Shown here: positions 23,907 to 37,944 of the stretch, piece by piece | Position numbering within the stretch: the stretch's first letter is position 1 | Layout of the letters: each line of letters opens with the position of its first letter | DNA from: Octopus vulgaris | Lineage: Eukaryota | Assembly: GCA_951406725.2 (NCBI GenBank) | Contig: OX597832.1 | Coordinates: 57,350,001-57,414,000 of the forward strand | Length of the DNA: 64,000 nt | Direction: 5' to 3' | The notes under the pieces: model-generated | Databases searched by the model: none | What the model saw: the letters and a program-made list of their open reading frames with translations, nothing else | Told to the model about the DNA's origin: nothing | Translations under genes and position numbers: made by a program

Positions 23907-26900
23907 ATTATCAAACTCTTCTGTCTTAAGGAGAGTGACGTAGTGAACAATATAGTTCCATATGGTCACTTATGGTAGTGCATTGGTCACTCATGGTTTT
24001 GTCTTGTGTTTCTTTTGTGGTCAGGCACCTGATTTCCTCCTTATAATACCAGTGCACATACTGGCTCACCACTGAGTGCACTCATCCTGTGTCCACTGGA
24101 TCCACCTTGTGTGACACCTGTCGACATGGCAAGGGCTTTGACTATCACAGTTTATTTAATGCTGGTCAGCCCAGGGGTGCTTTTCATTTCTGTCGGTGAG
24201 CATGGCTGTGGTGACCAAAGCAAATACATCTTTTCTCACTCCACTTTTTCTTTTCACCTCACATCCTCCTTTAATGATGAACAATAAATGAGAATAATAA
24301 TGATGACCAGATGCCCACAGCTGTAACATCTATGATCATGCATCTACTTGATCAGGGCTGACCTTGGGATAAACAATAAAAGCAAGATGTAGTGCATTGT
24401 TATTTTGAGTGTATTTGGCCAGCCATTGCTTCCTTTAAAAGCCTCCCAATATTAGCTTTGGTTGTTTAATTGGAGTGTATTAGTATAGAATGTTACAAGA
24501 TAGAGATTTGAATTAAGTAGAGCAATTTTTAAGATATTTCTCTTTAATTCTCTCCAGAAGAAGGGTTCTCAATGATATACAGAATTGGAACATGGCCGAA
24601 TAGAATTGTTGGCATTCTGTTGAATTAAATCTATTTGTGTCTTGACTGAAATCTGATTACAATTCCAGTGAAATCTTCTGTTTAATATGATTGATGTTAG
24701 AACTGTAGGAGACGTTGACCATGTTGTAATGAGAGCCGAGAATAATACTTGGTTCTTTCAATCAATACAAGTATTTAAAAGTTGAAGAGGTTATCACAAG
24801 AGAAAGAGAGAGAATCTGCATTAAGGACTAAGCTCGAATGATGTTCACATAAGAGGTTGTAGGAAAGAGGCATTATTATTTGTAGAGCGCTTGGCAAGTT
24901 GCCATACGTCAGGCTGTAGCCGTGTGTCATGTGGCTGTTGTTGCTTTCACTCAAGTGTGCCTCTGACATAGCTTATTTCTCAGAACAGAAAACGTTGACC
25001 TTTATGTCCCATTGTTTTTGTTATTAGGATCTTGGATGGTGGATGGATAAGTTTACAGACTTACAGACAGTTAACAAATGTTATTGTAGTTATTATGTAG
25101 ACGCAGGCATGGCAGTATGGTGAAGGTGTTTGTGTCTCAATCACATGGTAATGGTTTCAGTCCCACTGTGCGGCAACTCGGGCAGTTGTCCCCTACTATG
25201 CATACACACACACACACGATCATGCATCCGCATACACACATACACACACACACACGTACATAGCCATGCACTCTCTCTCACACAGACACAGACTCACATG
25301 GTCATGCACCATCACATACACACACACACACACATATGATCATGCAACCTCACACACACATAGCCATGCACCCTCACACACACACACACTCACACACGCA
25401 TGGTCATGCATGCTCTCACACACACCCACACACATATATGGCCATGTACCCTCTCACACACAAACTGTGTGTATATGTGAGAGAGCATGGCCTAGTGGTT
25501 AGGGTGTTGCATCCATGATCTAGTAATCTAGCCATCGTGATTTCAGTTCCTGCACCGGGTGGTGCATTTTGTTCTTGAGCAAAACACTTCACCTCACACT
25601 GCTCTGAAATCACTTTGACTCTTGATGTGTGATGCACCATGCACCTGTTCAGGTAACATTGATTTGATGGGACTGAGTGAACTAATGTACAGCTCCTACA
25701 TTTGTTCCCTATAAACAAATCATTTCTGCAGGTCATTTGGTAAAAACTGAACACTCCTACATCGTCTTTGAAGGGAGATTCCATCATATACACTGATACC
25801 TTGCAATATGAGTGTAATTCATTCCATGGCTCGTCTTACGATTTACTCATCTTACAAATCAATTTTCCTCATTGAAATTAACTAAAATATAATTAATCCG
25901 TTCCAGTCCCCCAAAACCACTCAAAACTAATTTTTTATGGGTTTTAAAGCAGAAAAGGTGTTGTTACAGGTAAAATGACAATTATAAAAAAGGGAATGCA
26001 AAAGAAATATGTAAACTGGTTTTATTAAATGAATTACTTTATAGATGGGATGATTTGTGTGCTTGTACTGTGGATTTCTATTTGTATTTCAAGACAAAGA
26101 TTTGCACAAATCTTGGCTCGTACAGCAAATTATTCGTACAATGGTGCACTTGTACTGTGAGGTTCTACTGCATATCTATAAATAGTGAAGGCATTGAATG
26201 AAAATAAAAAAAGATTCAACACAGACAGGTCAAATTTTAACAAATATTGTATTAGTTTAATGCTTAAAAAGAGAGTCTTAACATTTTGGACACTAATCCT
26301 TCATCAGAAAGAAAGTACAGAAGTGTGTGAAAGAACAAAAATGGTTGAGAAGTGAGAAAGTGTGTGGTGGGGGTGGGTCGGGAGGTGAACATAAAAAGGA
26401 AAATGTGTATAGAAGTCAGGTGGGAATTAGTTCTAGGGAGGGGAGGAGTAAGAAGGGAAGAAATGGCATATAGGAATGTATCCATATTTTGGGATGGGCA
26501 TAGGTGGTGGTATGGGTGTGCTGGTGTATGCATCTGTGTGTGTGTGTATGTGTGTGTTTGTGGTGTGTGTGTATATGTGGGTTGAAGTATGTATGTACAG
26601 TAGTGCTATTGGTTAGCGTGTGTGTGTGTGTATGTATATGCTAGATGACAAAAGTGTTTTATTGATTGTAGTCTGAAATTTTGCTGGTCAGTTTAAGTAT
26701 ATTGAAAGTATTATTTCTTCAGAGAAAGAAGATAACTAATAAATATCATTGTTTTTAGGTTTTGTTTTATTTCTGTTTTACTATTTTTTTTTTCTTACAT
26801 CATCAAATCAGTTTATCTGACATTTATGAGTAAGTCTTTAGGAAGTAATATGTCTAACAGTCTTCATAGAATCTCATTGCAACTGATAAAAGAGGGTGAC

Positions 26901-27403
26901 CGTTCATCTTAAGTGTTCTTCAAAAGATGAATACTCCAGATAAAACCGATTTCAATAGATCTTTGTGCAGCTGTTTTTGGAGTAAGTTTGAAATAATTTC
27001 ATTTGTTTGGCTCCAAAACACTTTTGACTTAAAAGTAACTAAAAAAAAAAAACAACAAAAAAGAGAAGAGAAGAAACAGAAAAAGAAAATAAGTGTAATG
27101 TTTCATTTCTTTTTAAAATTACAAAATGTTAATTGAAAATTGTTTGCTGAAGTTAAAAGTAAAAACGAAAAAGGAAATTGTATAACTATTAAAATAATCT
27201 TTTTTATTCCTTAGAATATATCTGAAAATTCATTTAGGTGTGAAATTTTGCCATGCTGGCGACAACAACTCCAACATATTGTATATATTTTATCTTGCGT
27301 TTTCCCACTTTCATGGAATCGGAGCAAGGTGTCTGCCAGGCTTCAATTTGTCAGAATTATTATTTCTCTTACTGTTATTGTTCTGTTACTCTACTACTAC
27401 TAC

Positions 27404-27436
<33 letters not shown>

Positions 27437-27442
27437 GACGTA

Positions 27443-27857
27443 AGGTAGTGAGCTGGCAGAATCATTAGTGCACCGGGTGAAATGCTTAGCAGTATTTCAT
27501 CAGTCTTTATGTTCTGAGTTCAAATTCTGCCAAGGTTGACTTTGCCTTTCATTTTTTGGGGTTTATGAATTAGGTACCAGTTACGTACTGGAGTCGATCT
27601 AATCGAATGACCCCCTTCCCCAAAATTTTGGGTCTTGTGCCAAGAGTAGAAAAAGTTATTATCATTATTATTATTATTATTATTATGTAAGGCGGCAAAG
27701 CTGGCAGAATCGTTAGCGTGCTGGATGAAATGCTTAGTGGTATTTCGTCTGTCACTGTGTTCTGAGTTCAAATTCCATTGAGGTTGAATTTGTTTTTTTC
27801 AGGTCAATAAATTAAGTACCTTCCCCAAATAGCTGCCCTTGTGGCAAAATTTGAAAC

Positions 27858-27860
<3 letters not shown>
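27443..27860 (+). mobile_element. Two SINE family B copies within (ATT)n tracts
   Basis: Heads ggtagtgagctggcagaatc (27443) and ggcggcaaagctggcagaatcg (27691). Confidence 0.8.
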
Positions 27861-27898
<38 letters not shown>

Positions 27899-28659
27899 AT
27901 TATATCTTTTCTATATTATTGTTACTATCATTATTATCATCATCATCATCATCATTTAATGTCCGTCTTCCATGCTGGTATGGTGGAAGCATGTGGTTTA
28001 GTGGTTAGGGGTGATTGTGGTTTTGATTCCTGGACCCAGTGATGCATTGTGTTCTTAGGCAAAACACTTCATTTCACATTGTTCCAGTCTACTCAGCTGG
28101 CAAAATGAGTAATCCTGTGATGGACTAGCATTCTGTCCAGGAGGGGAATTTATACACCACTGAAACCAGGAAACTGGCCCTTATGAGCCTGGCATGGCTT
28201 GAGAAAGAAACATTTTATAGAGGAGACTGAATGCTTTTTTTAAGTGGCATATTTAGCGCTAGAGTTGAGTATTTAGTAAGAGAGTAAGAGGGTATTTTTT
28301 AAAGCATAACAGCCTAATTCAGAAAAGAGTGTGAAAATTTCATAGTTGTATTGCCTGAAACCAGAACCATGCAGTTGGGATGCAGACTTCTTCCCACATG
28401 GCCATAGATGAACCTTTGATTTAAATACTTATTAGGCAACCCAATGAATGACTCTCTTACATGGTTCTTGAGGTTGCTTGGTGTTTGCTGCTAAATATCC
28501 TCCAAAGCTACTTCCTACATGTTAGTGCCATGTAAAAAGGTGATGGTGCCATGTAAAAGCCACTGGTAATGGTGCCCCAGAAAAAGGACTGGTGATGGTG
28601 CCACATAAAAGCACTGGTGATGTCTTCTTCTTCTTCTTCTTCTTCCAATCAGGAGACAA

Positions 28660-29140
28660 TGGGATTCTGTTTGTGAGTGAAGTGCAGATTGTTGATACTT
28701 GTGTACAAAGTGTGGTGCTGCATGGCAGCAAAACATAAGTATCGAATGTGGAGAATGTGTGGAAGCTGGAAAGAAATGAGAAGAGGATGCTGTGTTGGAT
28801 GTGTAAAGTTATTGTGGATGAATGATGGAGCAGGAACGAGCCAAGAGAAAAAGTGGGTACAAGGAGAATTAGATGTAGTGTGCTGGAGAGGAGAAGACTA
28901 CTGATGTTGGCTTCTGATGAGTATGAAGGATGACGTTTGGATGAAAAAAGGTGCCAAACAATCCAAGTGGAAGGAATCTGCTGAAAAGAGAGACTGAAAG
29001 AGATGTGGAAAGAAGAAACGGTAAGAGCAAATCTCAAGAGGATTGAACCCGATGAAGAAGATGGCAAAGAACTGCTGCATGTAGTGAGGTACTCTTCAAA
29101 TGCATGTAGTGAGGTACTCTTCAAATGCATGCTGGCATGA
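28660..29140 (+). mobile_element. Old decayed RTE LINE 3' fragment
   Basis: Nucleotide similarity by eye to 6420-6870 (gagtgaagtgcagattg.., ggatgctgtgttggatgtgtaa). Confidence 0.6.
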
Positions 29141-31052
29141 GGAAGGATTGGTGGTGGTTGTGGTGGTGGTGATAGTTCTTGTTGACAGTGGTAAGGAGTG
29201 GGAAAATGAGAGAAAGTGAAACACATTGAGAGATACATAAGAAAAAGGGAAAGATTGAGAGAGAGAGCACTAAAAACAAATAAATATTCTGCATATCTTT
29301 CAGAAAATAGAAAACTAATTTCTGTCTTTCAGAATTATGAAATGGTAAATATCCATTTTTTGTGGGGGGGATGAAATGCAAAATCTTGATGCATGTGCCA
29401 AAAGCAATTGTGTATTAATATTTAATATTTTCTGAAATTCACGAAAGATGTGCATTTCTTCGAAAAAATACTAAATGGAAATTTATTGTTCGCAACAATT
29501 CTTCAAACATGGGAGGGGAAAAAAATTCATTTTTTAAAAATTTACAGTGGGAAGGTTAGACAGATTGGTAATGGATATATGGAATCCATGCAGGTGAAAG
29601 TATCACTGAAGAATTTTCTATGAATAATAAACAGGATTCTTTGATCGTTACTTTTGTATTTTACCTATTTTAGTCATTAGACTGCGACCATGCTGGGGCA
29701 CTAGCTTCAAGAATTTTCAATCAAATGAATTGCCCCCCAGTACTTATTTCGTTTCAAGCCCTAGAACTTATTCTGTCAGCCTGTTTCTCTCTTTTGCTGA
29801 ACCATTGAGTGACAGGGATGTCAACAAACTAACACTGGTTGTCAAGTTGTGGTGGGGAGCAAACACAGGTAGAAAGATGTACACACACTGATGTGAGGGC
29901 TGCCCAACTGGCTCCCGTGCTGGTGGCATGTAAAAAGCACCAGCTGAACGTGGCCGACGCCAGTACCCTCTGACTGGTTCCCATGCCAGTGGCACATAAA
30001 AAGTACTATCCAGACATGATCGATACCAGGCACGCCTGACTGGCTCCTGTGCTGGTATCACATAAAAAAACACCCACTACACTTTTGGAGTGGTTGACGT
30101 TAGGAAAGGCATCCATCTGTAGAAACATTGCCAGATCAGATTGGAGCCTGGTGCAGCCGCTGGCTCTCCAGACCTCAGTCAAACCGTCCATCTCATGCCA
30201 GCATGGAAAATGGACACTAAATGATGATGATGATGATATACACATACACACACAATTGGCTTCTTTTTCACTTATATATACCAAATCTTCTGTATACCAA
30301 ATCCACTCACAAGGCTTTGGTCAGTCCAAGGCTATAGTAGAAGACACTTGACTATGGTGCCACACACTGGGACTGAACCCAGAACCATGTGGTTTGGAAG
30401 CAAGTCTTCTTACTGCACAGTCACACCTTTTCTCTAAAATAGTCAGAAACTATGTTTGATCATCATCATCATCATCAGTTAATGTCCATTATTCCACGCT
30501 TCCATGGGTCAGAAAGAATTTGTTGAGGCAGACTTTCTACGGCTGGATGCCCTTCCTGTCATCAGCCCTCACCCGTTTCCAAGTAAGGTAATGCTTATCG
30601 CTAGCCATGACTTCGTAAAATATTGGAAATGAATGATGCTGATTGTGTGATAGTGACGATCATTTATCACATGATATCAAGTGATATGAAAAGAAGGAGA
30701 CACAAACGCGTACACATACACATGTATGTGTTTATACATCACATGGTCATGTGATTGACCAGACCATCAGATGTTGTTGTACAACACTGGTCATAATGCA
30801 CTTTACATCATTTTGGCTTTCAAATTATGCGACCCCCACTGGCTAAGTGAGCAGGCCAACATTCCCCCTGAATGGAATGTTAATCCGATGCAGGGTTATC
30901 CATTTTCAGCCGAGTGGACTGGAGCAATGTGAAATGAAGGGTTTTGCTCAAGAACACAATGTGCCAGCTGGTCTGGAAACTGAACCCATGATCTTTCGAC
31001 CATGAGTATAACACCCTAACTACTGTGCCATGCACCTTCACATATGTTTATC

Positions 31053-31450
31053 TCTCTTTACTCTTTTACTTGTTTCAGTCATTTGACTGTGGCCATGCTG
31101 GAGCACCGCCTATAGTCGACCAAATCGACCCCAAGACTTATTCTTTGTAAGCCTAGTACTTATTCTATCGGTCTCTTTCGCCAAACCGCTAAGTTACAGT
31201 GACGTAAATACACCAGCATTGGTTGTCAAGCGATATTGGGGGAACAAACACAGACACACAAACACACACATACATATACATATATACGATGGGCTTCTTT
31301 CAGTTTCTGTCTACCAGATCCACTCACAAGGCTTTGGTCAGCCTGAAGCTATAGTAGAAAACACTTGTCCAAGGTGCCATGTAGTGGGACTGAACCTGGA
31401 ACCATGTGGTTGGTAAGCAAGCTACTTACCACACAGCCACTCCTACACCT
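31053..31450 (-). mobile_element. SINE family A, full-length copy
   Basis: Reverse complement of family A. Confidence 0.9.
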
Positions 31451-32049
31451 ATCTGTATATATATATATTACCAAATTCCCCTACTATAATTTGGTTGACC
31501 TAGGGCTGTAGCCAAAAGACAGCTGCCCAAAGTAGTACATGCTGGGACTGAATCCAGAACCATGCAGTTGGGATGCAGATTTCTTTCTACATGGCCATAG
31601 ACGAACCTTTGATTTAAATACTTATTAGGCAACCCAATGAATGACTCTCCTATATGGTTCTTGAGGTTGCTTGGTATTTGCTGCTAAATATCCTCCAAAG
31701 TTACTTCCTACATGTTAGTGCCACGTAAAAAGGTGATGGTGTCATGTAAAAGCCATTGGTAATGGTGCTCAAGAAAAAGTACTGGTGATGTCTTCTTCCA
31801 ATCAGGACTCACGCCATTAGCCACAAAGAATAATCTCTAATTCGAGCCTACTCCAAGCTACTAAGAATGTGTGTGGCAACTTGAAGATCCACCCACCACA
31901 TGTGATAGACTGGCGGTTGCATGGGTGTGAAAGCTTTTTTTTAACGGGTGGAGAGCTGAACCATCCTGGGGTACAGAGGATTCACAATCTAGACTAGGGT
32001 CTGAAAATTTTACCACACCATAGTGGGTTACACCATGGTTCCTTTGCTT

Positions 32050-32250
32050 TGTGGCAAAAGTAGGAAGAAAGAGTGAGAGAAAGTTGTGGTGAAAGAGTAC
32101 AGCAGGGTTCACCACCCCTCCCTGCCAGAGCCTTGTGGAGTTTAGGTGTTTTTGCTCAATAAGCACTCACAATACCCGGTATGGGAATCGAAACTGCGTT
32201 CTTACGACTGCGAGTCTGCTGCCCTAACCACTGGGCCATTGCGCCTCCAT
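32050..32250 (-). mobile_element. tRNA-derived SINE family C
   Basis: Minus strand ggaggcgcaatggcccagtggttagggcagcagactcgcagtcgtaagaacgcagtttcgattccc is a tRNA-like head; the same head occurs at 57221. Confidence 0.75.
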
Positions 32251-33809
32251 GCACTGGCGATGTTGCATAAAAAGCACAGGTAATAATGCTTTGTAAAAAG
32301 CACTGGTGATGGCACCATGTTAAAAGCTGGCGATGGTGCCACATAAAAACCACCCAGTACACTCTTTAAACTGGTTAACGTGACGAAGAACATCCAGCTG
32401 TTGAAACCAAGTCAAAACAAACTATAGAACCTGGTGTGGCCCTGGTACTTGCCAGCTCCTCTTCAGCCTTCCAACCCATGCCAGCATGGAAAAATAGACG
32501 TTAAATGATAACGATGACAACAATTATGATGTATGTTTTAAAATGGAAATATAAATGGAATTTGTGTGGAAAATGTCACTCTGACACACACATGATTTAA
32601 TCAATCATTTATCTTTCATATATTTTATACACTGTAAACAATTAAGTTGGTGTCAACATCGTTCGTTGTATTCTGTTCTTATTGATTGTTATGAGAAATA
32701 CTTCATTGGTTTTTACTTCTGTCGAGAAATTTTCATTAGCTTTTAAGTTTTCTTCCATGCGTCTATGTCTATGGTTGTGTGTGATGTGTGTCACTATTGC
32801 GAATGTGTGTGGCTTCTTGGTTGATGTATCTGGTTCACAACTGTCAGGTCTGGTGTTTGATTCTTAGTGGTCTGTTGTTTTTTTTTGAGCAAGACACTTT
32901 ATTCCATGGTGCTCCAGTCCATTCAGCTGGCAAAAACGAGTTGTACCTGTAATTCACAAGGGGGTCAGCCTTGTCACAATCTGTTTCAGCCTGGATCTCT
33001 CTGAGAACTGCATTAAGGGTATACATGTCTGTGGAGTACTCGGCCTCTTGCATTTTAATTTCATGAGGCAGATGTTCCGTTGATTGGATGAACCGGAGCC
33101 CCTGTTGCTATAACTGGTAGACTGCCAGTTAATGTCATAGTCATCATCATCGTTATTGTTTTAACGTCTATTTTTCCATGCTTGCATGGGTCAGATGGAT
33201 TTTATTGAGACAGAATTTTATCCTACCAAATGCTCTTTTCAGTTGCCAACCCTCACCTGTTTCAAGCAAGGTAATATGGCCAGACAAGTTTGCCGCAAAA
33301 TATTCAAAATTAATGACATCCATTTGTGACAACCATGAAACACAAACACACACACACACTCTCTTTCTCTCTCTCTCTCTCTCACACATGCACATGCACA
33401 CACATATTGAACTTCTTACAATTTCCATCTAACAAATCCACTTATGAAGCTTTGGTTGGCCCACAACTATAATAGAAGCCTATGATGTCATGCGGTGAAA
33501 CTGGGCCCAAAACTATGTGTATGGCAAGGAAACTTTTTAACCCCTCCCTGCCACATGCACACAGATACACACACATATCTTGTCTTTTATTTTCATTTTG
33601 ACTTGTTGCTACTGGTACAAGTAGAAGTGAAAAATGATCACTTTGTCTTTTGTGACAAAGTGAGAAGCAATCACCTTGTTTTTTGTTAATTTCTCATCTA
33701 TGCTCACAGGTTCTATAGACTATTCCAGTGCCAGTCGAATTGACGGGTTTCCAAGACCAAGATTTATAAAAGTGTAATTTGTTCTGCAAACTGGGAAAAA
33801 ATCCAAAGA

Positions 33810-34915
33810 CAAAGAATTTTCTATGCTTTGCATTTCTATTCCTGACCACCAACCCGGTTTCCAATGATTGTGACATTTCTGCTCTCTTTTTAGGGCTTCA
33901 AGATTTCCCCATGATCCTGGAAGGGTGGCTAATATGCGCTATGTCTTATTTCTTATGCGCATTTATTTCACACAGAGGGGCTAAACATAGGACAGACAGA
34001 CGGGTTAAGTCGATTATATCGACCCCAGTGCGTAACTGGTACTTATTTAATTGACCCCGAAAGGATGAAAGGCAAAGTTGACATTGGCAGAATTTGAACT
34101 CAGAATGTAGCGGCAGACGAAATACCACTAAGCATTTTGCCTGGCATGCTAATGTTTCTGCCAGCTCGCGGCCTTAATATGCGCTATGTCTTGCCAAAGG
34201 GCAAACTGATTTTGTCTAGGACTGCTTATTGAGTATTCGCAGTTAACCTGTATATCTACAGGCTGTCTCCCTTTCCATAAAGAGGGACCAGATGGATGGG
34301 AGTTTTCATCATCACCAATAGACATCATACACAAGTCTATTTTTATCATTAGCAAGACACAGCACATATTAGCCACCTTTCCAGGATCATGGTGTAATCT
34401 TGAAGCCCTAAAAAGAGAGCAGAAATGTCATTATCATTGCAAAGCAGGATGGTGGAAGTCATTAGCATCATGGCAACCAAGGAACAAGAAACAGAAGACT
34501 CTCTTTACTCTTTTACTTGTTTCAGTCATTTGACTGTGGCCATGCTGGAGCACCGCCTTTAGTTGAGCAAATCGACCCCAGGACTTATTCGTTCTAAGCC
34601 TAGTACTTATTCTATCGGTCTCTTTTGCCGAACCGCTAAGTTATGGGGACGTAAACACACCAGCATCGGTTGTCAAGCGATGTTAGGGGGACAAGCACAG
34701 ACACTCAAACACGCACACATGTATATATACATATATACGACGGGCTTCTTTCAGTTTCCATCTACCAAATCCACTCACAAGGCTTTGGTCGGCCCGAGGC
34801 TATAGTAGAAGACACTTGCCCAAGGTGCCACACAGTGGGACTGAACCCGGAACCATGTGGTTCGTAAGCAAGCTACTTACCACACAGCCACTCCTATGCC
34901 TAGACAATTCTCTTC
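33810..34915. mobile_element. Long-TIR DNA element carrying two nested SINEs
   Basis: ~33840-33936 is an inverted repeat of ~34365-34456; SINE B (33948-34175, -) and SINE A (34499-34900, -) lie inside. Confidence 0.65.
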
Positions 34916-35265
34916 TATTTAGAAAACTGAATAAAACGATTTTAATCATTCTCCACGGGAATCACCTGATATATTGATGCATATGGTTCCCAGAGTGACC
35001 CCTATCCTGGTTATTATAGTTCTCTGGGAGTAATTTCAGAGAATTTATTATCAAATCAGCTGTTTATGGGAGGTTTTGTGTGTTTATGACTTGGTTTTCT
35101 AAACTGAAGAATTAGAGAAGAAATTCCAAATGTTTGAAGCAAAACCTAGAATTGAGAAATGTCAAAGTAAACTCAGCAAATGCTGACATCTTGGCAAGAA
35201 AGGAAACAACACTGCTACCATTAGTGAGTTGACCATGTGACCATGCTTAGTGTAGGGATAAAGAA

Positions 35266-35725
35266 GGGTGGCGAGCTAGCCGAATCGCCAGCATGCTGGG
35301 AAAATGCTTAGTGGTATTTCGTCTAGCTTCGTGCTCTGAGTTCAAATTCCACCAAAGTCAGTTTCATCTTTCATCCTTTTGGAGTCAGTAAAATAAGTAC
35401 CAGTTATGCACTGGGGTCTATGTAATCAAGTAACCCCCTTTCCTGAACTTGCTGGCCTTGTGCCAAAATCTGAAACCAATCTTTCTGTAATGCATTCTAG
35501 ATGTGAATAGAAGGTGGCAAGCTGGTAGAAATGTTAGCGCACCAGGGCGAAATGCTTAGCGGTACTTCATCTGTCTTTATGTTCTGAGTTCAAATTCCAC
35601 CAATGTTGAATTTGCCTTTCATCCTTTTGGGGTTGATAAATTAAGTGTTAGTTGCATACTGGGGTCAATCTAATTGACTGGCCTCTCTCCAAAAATTTCA
35701 GGCCTTGTGGCTAGAGTAGAAAAGA
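35266..35725 (+). mobile_element. Two SINE family B copies
   Basis: Heads at ~35266 and ~35512; the second has TSD attctag(a/g)tgtgaataga. Confidence 0.8.
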
Positions 35726-35927
35726 TTCTAGGTGTGAATAGATTTGTAGAAGTTAGGGTCTTGGGATGTTGAGATCACTGCCTTAATTGCAGATCATACC
35801 ACATCATACCATTAATTCCTGAATTTTTGTGGTGCTTTCTCAATAGAAATCTCTCAGTTCTGACAGAAACTACAGATTTTGATGGAATGCAGTTAATCCA
35901 GTATAGAAACCATAAAAATATGAAAGG

Positions 35928-36311
35928 GCACAGGCATGGCTGTGTGGTAAGCTGCCCAACCACATCGTTCTGGGTTCAGTCCCACTGTGTGGCACCTTGG
36001 GCAAGTGTCTTCTACTATAGCCTCGGGTCAACCAAAGGCTGTAAAAAGCCCATCAAACATATATATGTGTATGTGTGTCTGTGTGTGCGTGTGTGTTCAT
36101 GTATGTGTGTGTCCTCACAATCACTTGACAACTGGTGTTAGTATGTTTTTCTATCTGTAACTTAGCAGTCGGGCAAATGAGAACCAACAATAGTACCAGG
36201 ATTAAAAAAAGAAGATGAATATTTAGGTTGATTCATTCAATTAAAATTTCTTCAAGGTGGATGCTCCTGCATGGCCACAGTCTAATGACTGAAACAAGTA
36301 AAAGAAGAAAG
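35928..36311 (+). mobile_element. SINE family A copy
   Basis: Family A head and tail motifs. Confidence 0.8.
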
Positions 36312-37910
36312 ATTGTTTGAATTTGAATGTAAATTAACGATTATTTGTGTACATTGTGATTGTTGGGGTTATCTGTTGTTAATTTTTATTTGTTGTCATG
36401 TCACTTTCACCTGCCAAGGCAGGCTGAATACAGTTTAGTTGATTGCATATAGGTAGTGTTTCCACATATATTTTACAAGGTATCGATTCCTGGGCATAGA
36501 TTTCTTTCTCTGTCAGAGTTGAATTTGTACTCCACTTAATCTCTGTAACTAGGAAGCTGCACAACTCCCATTAGAGAAAGTATTCTGAGATATACATCCA
36601 TTTACACTAGTAAGGCCCATATCACTTACAAATAAATACTTACCCTAATTACAAAATAATGTTCTTTTCATAAACCTACCAATATGCAGTGATTCTACCA
36701 ATATCAGTAAATTGTATTTTTTGTCTGATATTTACCGTTTACTAATGAAATCATCAATCACCTATATGATCATTGCATCTCTCTTGAAGACATATATTCT
36801 TAGATAAACTCCATGCTGGTGTGTACAGATGACACTGCAGAATCAGTTTGATTAGTTTCTCAAAGTCCAAGCTCTCTTTCTCTAATTAAATCAGTAAACG
36901 ATAATAAATAAATGATATCTCTGAATTCTTACCCTCAGCTTGAGGTGTTTATCTGCCATGGAATTAGAAAATTGAAGAAAAGTTTTCAAGAAAGTCAGTT
37001 AATAAACTGCAAAGAATAAATACACATGTTATAAACAAGAAGCCGTTTAGAAAATTATTATTTTTAAATCTCACAACATGAGATATTCAGCAACAGTACT
37101 TTGTAGTAAAGAGTGTTGGCCAACATAACATGACAGTCCTGATTTAGGACAAATGTTGCTATAATTTAGCCCCAGGAGACATCTTCTCCAGCTGGCTATA
37201 TGACACGATCTCTGTCCTTATATTTGACAGGAACTTCTTTCTAAGATGAGGCCAAACTTTGCCTCTCACACAGAAGAGTGCTTAGTTCTTGTTTTTGCTT
37301 TTTTTAAAAAAAAATTTTCAACTGCAAAAACCACAACACTTTAAATCAGAGTTACATGCAATTCTGAATTTGGCAAAAGTTGTGGTTACAGGACTTTAAG
37401 AGATAATTCTGTTTTGCTAGGGTTCCACACCCATTGTACAGTCAAGGGTTAAATAAACAATCATGCCTGGATTCTTGGTGTGATTGTTTATTTGTCGGAG
37501 AAATACAAGCAGAGAAGAAACAAAAATGTAAATCTGAAAAAAAACCCCAGCAAAAAAAAAGAAACAATGAAAATTAAAAAAGAACAATATAAAACACAAA
37601 GAATAAGTTTCTCTTATCTCAGCTGATTTCATGTATAAAAACAAAAAGGAGTAATATGTGCACAAGCTTAATTATCATCATCCTCATCCTTACGATGATC
37701 ATGATGATCATCACCATCATCATCATCACTATCACCACCATTATTATTCTCATCATCGTTATCATTATCATCACCATCATCATCATCATCATTATCACCA
37801 CCACCACCACCATCATCATCACCATCATTGTCATAACTACTATCATCACCATCATCACCACCACCATCATCATCATCATCAGCATCATCATCATCATCAT
37901 TGTCATAACC

Positions 37911-37944
<34 letters not shown>

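Noticed and set aside
24640-24990. Possible LINE endonuclease fragment on the minus strand (SEAHLSES..GYSL)
   Set aside because: Similarity too weak to support by eye.
36380-36950. Possible highly decayed Penelope RT on the minus strand
   Set aside because: Only faint motif echoes with many stops; not supportable without a profile search.
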